Below, one piece after another: positions 1-9,435 of a stretch of DNA of 64,000 nt. The DNA comes from Microgenomates group bacterium. Its GTDB lineage: Bacteria; Patescibacteriota; Microgenomatia; UBA12405. How positions within the stretch are numbered: position 1 is the first letter of the stretch; each line of letters begins with the position of its first letter. A program made the translations under genes and the position numbers. The stretch lies in assembly GCA_049303675.1 (NCBI GenBank), contig JBAQNJ010000001.1, forward strand, positions 7,494-71,493, read 5' to 3'. The notes beneath the pieces were generated by a model, which searched no databases, was not told where the DNA came from, and saw only the letters and a list, made by a program, of their open reading frames with translations.

Positions 1-210
1 ACCAGACTCGAAGTCCAGCTCTGGAACGCAGACATGCCCGAAAGCCGAACGATTGGAATCCATGTCGATATCCAGTCAGCTGATCCCATGAAAGCTCTGC
101 AACAGGTCGACGAGTCTGCCGAAGACTGGGGTGAAGGTGAAGTTCCTCGTGGGGGCGTTAGGGTGACCTCCAGTTTTTCGATTATGGCCCGACCAATTAT
201 TAAATAAACC

Positions 211-630
211 ATGACCAATAAAAACGAAATACATCCAAAAGTAATCGATACAACCTCATTAAAATTAGTTAAAGAAAAACGAATTGAGGCATATGCCACT
301 ACAGTTGATGGTCGAAAAGTTATTTTCAGAGATCAGGTACCGCTTATTACGATACATGATGCCACAAAACTTCCTCACACGATTGAACATCAACGATATT
401 TTCTTAGGAAACAGGACGCAGATATTATCTTTGACGAAAACGCAGTAGTAGTTGGTGAATCTTTATGGCGTCGCGGGCGCAGTCAGGAATCAGTAAAAAT
501 ATTGACCGGAAACGAGATGGATTTAATGGTTCGGGAAGTCACTGATAATCTAAAATTTACAGAGAATACCAGAGAAAATTTTTTCCAAGTAATTAGAACT
601 TGCGGTGTTTGGGAAGTTGTTGAAGATTAA
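211..630 (+). CDS. hypothetical protein (139 aa)
   Basis: Intact ORF with no recognisable motifs. Convergent with the downstream gene. Confidence 0.4.
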   Translation: MTNKNEIHPKVIDTTSLKLVKEKRIEAYATTVDGRKVIFRDQVPLITIHDATKLPHTIEHQRYFLRKQDADIIFDENAVVVGESLWRRGRSQESVKILTGNEMDLMVREVTDNLKFTENTRENFFQVIRTCGVWEVVED

Positions 631-631
631 A

Positions 632-1627
632 TTAGTCGCAAACACTCCCTGCTTCCTGCTTGGTCATACCACAATGTGGACATGTTTCAGTTCCTTCACC
701 CGACTTAATTTTACCCTTACACTTGGGACATCTAAAATATTTTTCCACCCCCAACCCATTTTTTTTGGCAAACTCACCTACCATAGTTTGCAAAGAACAG
801 CCAAAAGTCTGCATCAAACTCACTATCAGCGGTCTAAAAGCATAATCATATAATCTCTGTGCCCCTATAGAAATTTTATCAACTATGCCTCGACTCAAAT
901 TCTTCACCTCCATCATCACCGCCGAATAGGCTCTAAATATTTTATCCGTTTTTAGTAAAAAATCTTTTCCAAATTTTTTTACAAAATCATCAACTATTAA
1001 TTCTGCTACTTTGGTAATATTTTTCTGAGTAATTTTTACTTTTTCACCTACCAAGTGTAACTTATCCAATATATTATTTGGTTTTTCATTTGCAATGACT
1101 ATCGGCCTAGCCAACATTTCTTCTTTACTACTCACCTCTCCTCCACCCAATCCCCTATATATTTCCGTCAGAGTTTCAAAACTGTCCTCAAGTGTAGCCC
1201 TTGACCATGTCACCGTCTCTCCACTTCTTCTCCAAAAATCCACCACTGTCATTGGATAATCAAAATCAATGTTTGCTGGACTAAAATTTATTATTAGATT
1301 ATCTTCATCAACCACCGCCGGCTCAATCTGCTTCCATGCCTGACTTTCTGCCCATCTTGCCTTTCTACCTAAAACTTCACCAATTGGCTCTCCCGATTTC
1401 TGATCAATCACCTCGCCGCTATGCCACTCATACGTTTTCTCAAAAGTAAATCGACAAGATTCCCCTGCTGCTGTCGCCAGCTCTTCCACCAACACATTCC
1501 TCCGTACTTTCGGAGATAAATTTGCTAAATAATTTCTTTCAAGTTCTGGTTTGAATCCCATATTTCTTTTGCTCGAAAGATTTAATGCTAGGACTATTAC
1601 CTTAGCGGCACTGTGAGGGAATTGCAC
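632..1627 (-). CDS. hypothetical protein with C-terminal CxxC...CxxC zinc-ribbon
   Basis: 331-aa ORF. The C-terminus CPKCKGK...CPHCG is a classic 4-Cys zinc ribbon. No other family motif recognised. Confidence 0.5.
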   Translation of the reverse strand: MQFPHSAAKVIVLALNLSSKRNMGFKPELERNYLANLSPKVRRNVLVEELATAAGESCRFTFEKTYEWHSGEVIDQKSGEPIGEVLGRKARWAESQAWKQIEPAVVDEDNLIINFSPANIDFDYPMTVVDFWRRSGETVTWSRATLEDSFETLTEIYRGLGGGEVSSKEEMLARPIVIANEKPNNILDKLHLVGEKVKITQKNITKVAELIVDDFVKKFGKDFLLKTDKIFRAYSAVMMEVKNLSRGIVDKISIGAQRLYDYAFRPLIVSLMQTFGCSLQTMVGEFAKKNGLGVEKYFRCPKCKGKIKSGEGTETCPHCGMTKQEAGSVCD

Positions 1628-1642
1628 CCTACTTCATATTTA

Positions 1643-2119
1643 CTATTTTATAACTCTAGCTAAAATAAAAAAATAATCAGATAGTCTATTTATAAAAATC
1701 ATCACATCTTTATCCAATCGTTTTACTTTATCTAATCTCACTATCCTTCTCTCAATTCTCCTAACCACCACTCTCACCCAATTTAGCCACACATTTAATT
1801 GCTTTCCCGCCTTCAAAAATTCCTCGATTGGCCCTGCTTCTTTTTCCATTCTCAATATGTCAGACTCAACCAATTCAATTGATTTTTTCAAATCCAATTT
1901 TATTGTATAACCGGCCAGATAACCAGACAAATAATACAGTTCTCTGTTGACGCTATCCGTAATCTTATTGATCCCCTTTATATTTTCTCCTGCCACCGCC
2001 ACCACTGCCATTAGCTCATCAATCTCCCCAATCGCCTCCAACAACTCACTATCTTTATCAACTATTTTTCCCTGCCACCGACTCTTTCCATCATCACCTG
2101 TTTTGGTTACGACACTCAT
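1643..2119 (-). CDS. ATP:cob(I)alamin adenosyltransferase, PduO-type
   Basis: N-terminal TKTGDDGKS motif (PduO/MMAB family TxTGDxGxT) and length approx. 158 aa. The first 10 codons of the 1643..2149 ORF are encoded by a palindromic repeat, so the start is set at the internal ATG (MSVVTK). Confidence 0.75.
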   Translation of the reverse strand: MSVVTKTGDDGKSRWQGKIVDKDSELLEAIGEIDELMAVVAVAGENIKGINKITDSVNRELYYLSGYLAGYTIKLDLKKSIELVESDILRMEKEAGPIEEFLKAGKQLNVWLNWVRVVVRRIERRIVRLDKVKRLDKDVMIFINRLSDYFFILARVIK

Positions 2120-2130
2120 ATTCTTATTTT

Positions 2131-2158
2131 GTAGAGACGTTGCATGCAACGTCTCTAC
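2131..2158. repeat. REP-like 28-bp perfect palindrome GTAGAGACG-TTGCATGCAA-CGTCTCTAC
   Basis: Intergenic between the nrdJ stop and the pduO-like start. Confidence 0.8.
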
Positions 2159-2218
2159 AATTTTATTAATTTATTTTATAAATTTATTAATTATAAATTA
2201 ATTAAAAATTAAAATGCT

Positions 2219-4726
2219 CTATGAGCACTTACTATAACCACAATAACTATTTGAACATTTGAAACACCCCTCTTCAGCATACAACGGGCTACCACAATCA
2301 GGACAGGCGCTAAATTTACTCTCGCCATTTGCCAATTTTGTCCTCACATCTTTTAAAACATCTTGTTGTGTACGGGCAATCCCTTGTGGTTGCCCCTCTG
2401 TTATTGGCAGCTCTAATTTATCCTTCTCCCCTTCAAACAAATCCAACTGATCACCCTTGGCTACTTCTAGTAGTGCTTTACCAACAGCATCAAACATACT
2501 CAATGTCACATTTGTCCCAAATCCCGTCCTCTGTCCACAAGATATACCCACCAATTCATCGGCTACTTCTTCCAAATTGGCTCCATACTTGAGAGCCAAC
2601 GATGCCAATCGTCCAGTTACCTCTGCCGACCCCGCCATATAACCACCCGATTTTCCCAAATTAACGAATACCTCCACCGGACCATCTCCATCTTCGAAAA
2701 AGACCGAAGTATATACCTTCCCCGCATCACACACCTTTTGCATCCTCACCCCCCTCGCCGCCTCCGGCGTCTTCTTTTTGTTTTTCTGAGATCTGACATC
2801 TGATATCTGATTTACTTTTTCTCCACTCTTTACTGGTGCAATCACTTCTTTCTCTCTGCTGCCGCTTCTATATATAGTTATCCCTTTTGTCCCCAGTGAA
2901 TATGCCAACAAATAGGCAACTCGGACATCTTCAACTGTCGCCTCCTTGGGAAAATTTATTGTTTTGCTAACTGCATTATCAGTATATTTCTGAAAAGCAG
3001 CTTGAATCCGTACATGCCACTCTGGACTAATTTCCATGGCTGTTCGATACACATTCACCAAATCCACTGGCAATCCCTCCACCCCTGTTAGTTTTCCTCC
3101 ATTATCAACAATTTTTTTCAACAATTCTTCTGTATATAGTCCCCGCTTGGTCAACTCTTGGGTAAACACTTGATTTAACATAAACATTGAGTTCCCCTCG
3201 ACGTTGTTTTTCTGGTATCCCAAGGAAAATGCTGGCTCAATTCCCGATGTGGCATCGGCAATGTAGGATATTGTCCCAGTTGGCGCGATAGTCGTCAGAG
3301 CCATATTCCGTGGCCGATAATTGGTGTTGGCAAATACCGATATCTCCCAAGCCGGAAAAACATTTCGAGTCTTGGCCAATTCTACCGAGGCATTTTTTGA
3401 TTCTTCTTGAATAAATTTCATTACCTTCTCTGCCCAAGCCACACCCTCTTCCGAATCATAGCGGACCCCTAGTTTAAACAACATATCCGCAAAACCCATT
3501 ACCCCTAGTCCAATCCTCCGAGTCTTACTCACCATATCTCGAATTTTTTGGACAGGAAAAACATTCACCTCCACCACATTATCCAAAAAATGGACTGATT
3601 CATGTGTCACCCGACGCAATTCTTCCCAATCGATATCTTTTTGTAGAGACGTGCGATCGCGCGTCTCTACTACAAATCTCGACAAGTTTATTGATCCTAA
3701 GTTACACGCATCATAAGGCAATAAAGGCTGTTCACCGCAGGGATTTGTCGCCTCAATTCGTCCCAATGCTGGCACCGGATTACTACTTGGCTCATTCATC
3801 CGATCGATAAAGACTAATCCCGGATCGCCGTATTGCCAAGCGAGTCGAGTCACTAAATTAAACACTTTATAAGCATTTAATTTCATGGTCACCAGACCTG
3901 TGCGAGGATTAATCAACTCATAACCCTCACCCTCGCTAGTCGCCTTGGCCCAGTCATATAATTTCACCATCCAGCTTTCTATTGTTCGCAGTCTCAAGTC
4001 TACATCGCGTAAAGCTTCGGCCTGCCTAATCTCTTCAACTATCTCTTCGGGGAAATTTTCTTCGGTCACAAATTTTTTGTCTGGTTCAATTTGGTCCATA
4101 AATTTGTTCGTTATGGCCAATGAGATATTAAAATTAGTCAACGAGTATTCATCCAACTTAACTACTGCAAACCGGAGTACATCTGGGTGGTCCACCGACA
4201 ACATGCCCATATTGGCCCCCCGTCGCACCCCACCTTGTTTAATTTGCGAGGTCACATCGTTGTAGGCTTGCATAAATGACACTGGTCCCACCGTCGTCCC
4301 CCCAGAGCTAGCAATATAGTCCCCACTGGGACGCAATCGAGTAAATGAAAAACCGGTTCCACCACCACTCTTGTGAATCTTGGCCATATCCGACATTGTG
4401 TCCAATATCGAGTCCATCGAATCCTCTATTGGTAGGACAAAACAAGCCGACAATTGTTGATTTTTCTTACCGGCGTTGACCAGACACGGAGTGTTGGGAA
4501 AAAATTTTTGCTCTGCCAACATTTTATAAAATGTTCCTGCAGTGTTTTCTGTTTCCAGCTCACTCTTTCCAAAGACAATATCACCCTTAGCAATATTCAG
4601 AGCTACTCTCCAGAAAATATCCTTGACTGTCTCTACTGGCTTACCATCCTCACCTTTCATGGCATAACGCGTTTCGGCGATATAACGGGCGTTATCAGAA
4701 ACTATTGGGTCGATCAAATTTATCAT
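2219..4726 (-). CDS. nrdJ: ribonucleoside-diphosphate/triphosphate reductase, class II (adenosylcobalamin-dependent)
   Basis: 835 aa. Carries the NPCGEQPL...YDACNLGSINL active-site motif typical of class II RNR and a C-terminal Cys-rich zinc ribbon. Confidence 0.9.
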   Translation of the reverse strand: MINLIDPIVSDNARYIAETRYAMKGEDGKPVETVKDIFWRVALNIAKGDIVFGKSELETENTAGTFYKMLAEQKFFPNTPCLVNAGKKNQQLSACFVLPIEDSMDSILDTMSDMAKIHKSGGGTGFSFTRLRPSGDYIASSGGTTVGPVSFMQAYNDVTSQIKQGGVRRGANMGMLSVDHPDVLRFAVVKLDEYSLTNFNISLAITNKFMDQIEPDKKFVTEENFPEEIVEEIRQAEALRDVDLRLRTIESWMVKLYDWAKATSEGEGYELINPRTGLVTMKLNAYKVFNLVTRLAWQYGDPGLVFIDRMNEPSSNPVPALGRIEATNPCGEQPLLPYDACNLGSINLSRFVVETRDRTSLQKDIDWEELRRVTHESVHFLDNVVEVNVFPVQKIRDMVSKTRRIGLGVMGFADMLFKLGVRYDSEEGVAWAEKVMKFIQEESKNASVELAKTRNVFPAWEISVFANTNYRPRNMALTTIAPTGTISYIADATSGIEPAFSLGYQKNNVEGNSMFMLNQVFTQELTKRGLYTEELLKKIVDNGGKLTGVEGLPVDLVNVYRTAMEISPEWHVRIQAAFQKYTDNAVSKTINFPKEATVEDVRVAYLLAYSLGTKGITIYRSGSREKEVIAPVKSGEKVNQISDVRSQKNKKKTPEAARGVRMQKVCDAGKVYTSVFFEDGDGPVEVFVNLGKSGGYMAGSAEVTGRLASLALKYGANLEEVADELVGISCGQRTGFGTNVTLSMFDAVGKALLEVAKGDQLDLFEGEKDKLELPITEGQPQGIARTQQDVLKDVRTKLANGESKFSACPDCGSPLYAEEGCFKCSNSYCGYSKCS
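3643..3670. repeat. REP-like 28-bp palindrome GTAGAGACG-TGCGATCGCG-CGTCTCTAC inside nrdJ (in-frame)
   Basis: Encodes VVETRDRTSLQ within NrdJ. The reading frame is uninterrupted. Confidence 0.8.
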
Positions 4727-5172
4727 TATTTTTTATCAAAACTATTAATTATTTTTTTGTAATCTTCGATATTTTTTATATCCAAATAAATGGTGGCAAA
4801 CCGGACATAGGCCACCGGATCAGTACTTTTCAAAACGTCCATGACTAGCGTTGCAATCTCCTTAGTCGGAATTTCCACGCTTTCCCAATTCAATAATTTC
4901 ATCTCAATTTGATCTATCATTTTCAATCTATCTTCCTCGCCTACCCGCCATAATGCTCGTTCAAAACATTTTTCTAGCTTCTCTCTCTGATAATCTTCCA
5001 CTCGGCCATCTTTTTTAACTACCTTCAACTCTATGTTGCCCAATTTCTCATAAGTTGTGAATCTCTTAAAACACTTGAGACACTCTCTCCTCCTCCGAGT
5101 AGCCTTGCCATCATAGGCATCCCTAGATTCCAGAACATTTGATTCATCATGATTACAATATGGACACAACAT
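4726..5172 (-). CDS. nrdR: transcriptional repressor NrdR
   Basis: MLCPYCNH...RRRRECLKCFKRFTTYE zinc-ribbon N-terminus plus ATP-cone. VAYVRFATIY motif. Overlaps the nrdJ start by 1 nt, i.e. an nrdR-nrdJ operon. Confidence 0.9.
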   Translation of the reverse strand: MLCPYCNHDESNVLESRDAYDGKATRRRRECLKCFKRFTTYEKLGNIELKVVKKDGRVEDYQREKLEKCFERALWRVGEEDRLKMIDQIEMKLLNWESVEIPTKEIATLVMDVLKSTDPVAYVRFATIYLDIKNIEDYKKIINSFDKK

Positions 5173-5222
5173 TTTGAAAAAATTTAAAAATTTAAAAATT
5201 TAATAAACATATTATTGGAAAT

Positions 5223-5263
5223 TGTAGATCTGTAGTTTTGTTATTTACCTCTATATATAGTGG
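5223..5263. promoter_or_regulatory. putative NrdR-box-like palindromes upstream of nrdR-nrdJ
   Basis: ttgtagatctgtag and acctctatatatagtgg lie about 30 bp apart in the AT-rich leader of nrdR. The second resembles the NrdR box core (cAcTATATATaGtG). Confidence 0.35.
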
Positions 5264-5354
5264 ATGTCTTTCATCATACATACCACCAGCAGTGTCCGTC
5301 AACTAGAAATTAGTATCACACACCCAGTCAAATCCAGTTGCTATACTAAACCAA

Positions 5355-5912
5355 ATGAAAAATTTTGAAGCCCATCTTCCTCCACCTGACATTAGAGAAG
5401 GATCATCTATCAGTTATTTTAATCAAACCAAATTAGATATGACCCATGCTGCCATTGGCATAATCATGGCCAATTATATTGATAATAATAGTTCTGTCGC
5501 TATGGACACCACCACTCCCAATATCGGTGAGACGTATCACCAATATTCAGTCAAATATCTAGATGAACAAGGTACCGTTCGCACTGTTTCTATAAAGTAT
5601 AAAGACCATGACAAACTAGACTCAAGCACTGTTTTCAAACAATTATATCTCCAATTTCATGCCGACAAGCTCTCCACTCTCACTCTCGAAGAAATTCGAT
5701 TTGGGGTCATGCGAGAAGATGGTAGCAAATTTGAACCATTTTTCTATATTACCGACCTTCCCTGTGACAAAATTGTCGAAAATCACGATCCCCAAGACAA
5801 AACCAGTAAAACTATTGTTTATCATTCCTCCCAACAAGATCTCGACTCAGCCACACAAGTCCACCATGACTTTCGCCAGTTCGCCGTCGAGAAACTAGGG
5901 TTTAGTGAATAG
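5355..5912 (+). CDS. hypothetical protein (185 aa)
   Basis: Intact ORF with slightly higher GC than its surroundings. Convergent with, and 5 bp from, the CHAT protease gene. Confidence 0.45.
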   Translation: MKNFEAHLPPPDIREGSSISYFNQTKLDMTHAAIGIIMANYIDNNSSVAMDTTTPNIGETYHQYSVKYLDEQGTVRTVSIKYKDHDKLDSSTVFKQLYLQFHADKLSTLTLEEIRFGVMREDGSKFEPFFYITDLPCDKIVENHDPQDKTSKTIVYHSSQQDLDSATQVHHDFRQFAVEKLGFSE

Positions 5913-5917
5913 ATAGC

Positions 5918-7384
5918 TCACAGCTTTTCTCCACTCAAATAATCTTCCCGTTGAGCATAGTGATAAGTTATACCAATAAAATATATAGCCCCTCTTTTTC
6001 TTCTAGCTAAGGAAATTGTATCTAATGAGGAAACATCCCGTGGTCCAACAGCATGCCCACCAGTAAATATACTATAATGCTGAGCAATTCCACCATCAAT
6101 CCCAGTTGAACATGCTGCAAAAGCCACTGGCATTCTCTGACTATAAAACTTTTTCATTTTGTTTGCCGACCTACCATAAAGATCTGCAGTAGTAATAGAC
6201 GAATCAGTATTACCAAAATTACCCAGTTGGACAGAATCAGCTGATCCATGACCAGAAATCACCATAAAAGAAATTTTGTTATTTTCACCGTACTTTTTGT
6301 CCAAATTATAAATTCTTTTAGCCAAACTTGTCTTGTCCCTCGATTCAATTATTCTCATTTTCATTCCCAAAATAGCCGCATCGTCTGAGAGCAAATCTAT
6401 TTTGTCAATATTTTGGTAAAAACTACCATTATAATCATCATAACAACCTACCCAAAGACCATATCCGCTCGATAAATTATCTCTATTGTTCCATTGATCT
6501 ATTAGTATATCCGAGGAATATCTCCCAAAATGGGTTATTCCAAATTGTTTGTATAAGTCCAAAATAACCTGGCTACCAAATTCTTGACTCCGGCTACAAA
6601 TCTCCAAAATAGATTTTATATTTTTCTTAACGGCCCGTCTTAGGCGACCTTTGTAAACCTCATCACCATCTTTATTCAAGAGTTCTCGATTCAGAGTTAA
6701 CCACGAACAAACCACGTCATCAGAAATTTCGACAGGCAGTCCTGCCACCTCGGCCATCAATTTTAGATACGGCTTGATCAATTCACCATGGCTTTCAATA
6801 AATTCATCAGACAAAACAGTATCGATAATTATTTTTTCACCGCCAATGCCCAGTTGCATATGTTCACCCACGCTTTTTCTTAATTTTTCCCCCAATGCAC
6901 CTCCTTCAATCATTCGATCAAACTTAAAGCTCCACAAGCTTTGCCATTCTTTTGAGGACCTCATTTTACTTACGTCACCTATAAAATCAACTTCTTCTTC
7001 CAGAAAACTCTTTGCCTGTTGTTTTAGTTTTTCATCACCATGATCATAACAAGCTGTCATAAGATCAATAGTTTTTACTCTTTGTTGATCCGTCATATCC
7101 AAATCTAATTTTTGTTTTTCAGCTAAATCATCCACATATCTACCCAATACCCACCCGATTAGTTGTTTATCATGCTCATTTTCTAGTTTTGGCAATATTG
7201 AAATCCACGATTTCGCAAAAAAATCAAAATGTTCTACATAATCGTAATCAAACTGTGTCGGACGCAAACGCAAATTAACTCTATCCGTCATTTTTAATCC
7301 CTGATTATTGACTTTATCAGCAAATACGTGAATATTATTCTCACTTGAGAAAATTCGACCCCGCGCCTGTTCCAAACTAATCAT
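5918..7384 (-). CDS. CHAT-domain (caspase-like) cysteine protease with an approx. 300-aa unknown N-terminal domain
   Basis: The C-terminal region has ...FMVISGHGSADS... (His of the dyad) followed approx. 40 aa later by ...VAFAACSTGIDGG... (Cys of the dyad). This is the CHAT/peptidase C14 signature. Confidence 0.7.
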   Translation of the reverse strand: MISLEQARGRIFSSENNIHVFADKVNNQGLKMTDRVNLRLRPTQFDYDYVEHFDFFAKSWISILPKLENEHDKQLIGWVLGRYVDDLAEKQKLDLDMTDQQRVKTIDLMTACYDHGDEKLKQQAKSFLEEEVDFIGDVSKMRSSKEWQSLWSFKFDRMIEGGALGEKLRKSVGEHMQLGIGGEKIIIDTVLSDEFIESHGELIKPYLKLMAEVAGLPVEISDDVVCSWLTLNRELLNKDGDEVYKGRLRRAVKKNIKSILEICSRSQEFGSQVILDLYKQFGITHFGRYSSDILIDQWNNRDNLSSGYGLWVGCYDDYNGSFYQNIDKIDLLSDDAAILGMKMRIIESRDKTSLAKRIYNLDKKYGENNKISFMVISGHGSADSVQLGNFGNTDSSITTADLYGRSANKMKKFYSQRMPVAFAACSTGIDGGIAQHYSIFTGGHAVGPRDVSSLDTISLARRKRGAIYFIGITYHYAQREDYLSGEKL

Positions 7385-7400
7385 AACTCATGATAGCAAA

Positions 7401-7637
7401 CTATTTATACACTCCTTCAAGTTCCAGTCTCTGTTTTTCCAAATCTTCATAGCTCGTATTCCCTGCTCCTTTCAATATATTTATTAAATATTTGTAATCA
7501 AGAATTGCAAATCCTACCTTTCCTCTCTTAGAGATTAATAGGTATTTCTCTTTTGAGACTTTTTTTAGTGCTTCCGCTAAATTACTCCGCAATTTTGTAC
7601 TCGATACTATATTCACATGTACATTATAACTGTACAT
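7401..7637 (-). CDS. Phd/YefM-family antitoxin-like protein
   Basis: 78 aa. The core ...VSSTKLRSNLAEALKKVSKEKYLLISKRGKVGFAILDYKYL... matches the Phd/YefM pattern (IsxtEaRxnLsxxl...pvxItrrGkxxaVLxsxeey). Immediately upstream of and co-oriented with the CHAT gene, 16-bp gap. Confidence 0.6.
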   Translation of the reverse strand: MYSYNVHVNIVSSTKLRSNLAEALKKVSKEKYLLISKRGKVGFAILDYKYLINILKGAGNTSYEDLEKQRLELEGVYK

Positions 7638-7662
7638 TTAATATTTAACAAGGTGGCATATT

Positions 7663-8070
7663 ATGTATTTGTCAGACTTAAGTTATAATCCACCCATGGA
7701 TACACTAAAAAAAGTCCCCGAAAAATATGTTTGGAGCCTAGAAAAATTTCAACAAGGTTTTCCCAATTTTCCAATTAATGTTATTGCTGGACAAGTTGCC
7801 ATCAACGCCAATTTACCTGTTCAAACAGATATGGTCATTTGTGCTCATGATCGAGTCCAATTGGTTCCAGACTTGGCCAATAGCCTGACTGCCCAAAGAC
7901 CAGTACTCGAAAGGGTCTGTCCCATTCCTGAGTGTGAAACTCGTGCAATAGTCGGAGCAAAAAAATATGACCACATTTACAATATGCGTCAATCTTGGTT
8001 TGAAATAAAAAAAAGAAATGCTGCTGATCATTTGACTATTCACGGACCAGCCAATAAAACCTCCAACTAG
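7663..8070 (+). CDS. hypothetical protein (135 aa)
   Basis: Intact ORF, divergent from the Phd-like gene. No motifs recognised. Confidence 0.4.
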   Translation: MYLSDLSYNPPMDTLKKVPEKYVWSLEKFQQGFPNFPINVIAGQVAINANLPVQTDMVICAHDRVQLVPDLANSLTAQRPVLERVCPIPECETRAIVGAKKYDHIYNMRQSWFEIKKRNAADHLTIHGPANKTSN

Positions 8071-8096
8071 ATCCTATTTATTGTTATAATCCCTTC

Positions 8097-8375
8097 ATGC
8101 AGCAAATTTTGCAGTTTTTAAAGGAAGTCCGCACAGAATTCTACAATATCTCTTGGCCCAAAAAAGAGTCTTTAATTCAATTGACATTTGTGGTAATATC
8201 AATTTCCCTCATTATCTCCCTGATTTTGGGTGGATTTGATTATATATTTACTCAATCATTCAATCTAATTGGCCAAAATAATTCACCTGTAGCCCCAATC
8301 ACTACGATTGCTCCCCAAGTGACCATTGCCCCAACCATAACGCTTACTAGTCCTATTCCTACAAAGAAAAAATAA
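8097..8375 (+). CDS. secE: preprotein translocase subunit SecE
   Basis: Single-TM small protein (ISWPKKESLIQLTFVVISISLII). Conserved position directly upstream of nusG. Confidence 0.75.
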   Translation: MQQILQFLKEVRTEFYNISWPKKESLIQLTFVVISISLIISLILGGFDYIFTQSFNLIGQNNSPVAPITTIAPQVTIAPTITLTSPIPTKKK

Positions 8376-8376
8376 T

Positions 8377-8973
8377 ATGCCAAATAATGCATCCAAGACC
8401 AAACAAAAAGATTTCTTGTTCCTATTATCTTCTCTGACCCCATCAATCGATGCCGCTTGGTATGTTATCAACACCTATTCTGGCCACGAATACAAAGTCA
8501 TTGATGCCCTCAAAATCCGTATCAAGACCATGGGTCTGGAAAGTGAGATTTTTCAAGCTATCATCCCTATTCAGTCCAAAATGGTCATCCGTCGTGGAAC
8601 CAAGGTCAAAACCCAAGAAAAGACTTTCCCTGGCTATGTCCTCATCCAAATGGTCCTCACCGACGATTCATGGGTCACTGTCCGCACCACTCAAGGGGTG
8701 ACAGGATTTATCGGCGTGGACAACAAGCCTTCTGCCATTTCTCAAGCTGAGGTCGATCAAATTCTCAAAACCACCATTGAAGACAAACCAAAATTCCAAG
8801 CTCCGTTTAGCATTGGTGATGTTGTCAAAGTTACCAATGGTCCCTTTATGGACTATATTGGTGCTATCGACAGTATCGACGAGCAACGTGGTAAAATCCG
8901 TGTTCTTATCTCTTTCTTCGAGCGCGAGACTCCCGTCGAGCTCGACTTTTTACAAGTTACTCGAGAACTTTAA
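8377..8973 (+). CDS. nusG: transcription termination/antitermination factor NusG
   Basis: NGN domain (WYVINTYSGHE...GYVLIQM) and C-terminal KOW (GDVVKVTNGPFMDYIGAIDSIDEQRGKIRVLISFFERETPVEL). Confidence 0.9.
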   Translation: MPNNASKTKQKDFLFLLSSLTPSIDAAWYVINTYSGHEYKVIDALKIRIKTMGLESEIFQAIIPIQSKMVIRRGTKVKTQEKTFPGYVLIQMVLTDDSWVTVRTTQGVTGFIGVDNKPSAISQAEVDQILKTTIEDKPKFQAPFSIGDVVKVTNGPFMDYIGAIDSIDEQRGKIRVLISFFERETPVELDFLQVTREL

Positions 8974-9007
8974 AACTTTCAACTTTATAACTTTATAAAC
9001 TTAAACA

Positions 9008-9433
9008 ATGGCTAAAAAAATAAAAATCGTCGTCAAGCTAGCAATTCAGGCCGGCATGGCCAACCCCGCTCCTCCAGTTGGTACTGCTCTCGGTCCTCAG
9101 GGTATCAAGATCATGGATTTCTGTAATGAATTCAATGAACGTACTAAAGATATGAAGGGTTCCCTTATTCCTTCTGTCATTACTATCTACGAGGATCGTT
9201 CTTTTGATTTTATAATCAAAAAACCTCCAGTCTCCGACATGATTAAAAAAGTTACCGGAATTACCAAAGGTTCAGGTACTACCGGTCGCGAAAAAATTGG
9301 CAAAATTACGGCTGCTCAAATCGAAAAAGTGGCTACCGACAAAATGACTGATTTGAACACCACTGACCTCGAAGCTGCCAAACGTATGGTCGCCGGCACC
9401 GCCAAATCCATGGGCTTTGAAATTGTCGCCTAA
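9008..9433 (+). CDS. rplK: 50S ribosomal protein L11
   Basis: MAKKIKIVVKLAIQAGMANPAPPVGTALGPQGIKIMDFCNEFN... Canonical L11. Confidence 0.95.
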   Translation: MAKKIKIVVKLAIQAGMANPAPPVGTALGPQGIKIMDFCNEFNERTKDMKGSLIPSVITIYEDRSFDFIIKKPPVSDMIKKVTGITKGSGTTGREKIGKITAAQIEKVATDKMTDLNTTDLEAAKRMVAGTAKSMGFEIVA

Positions 9434-9435
9434 AC

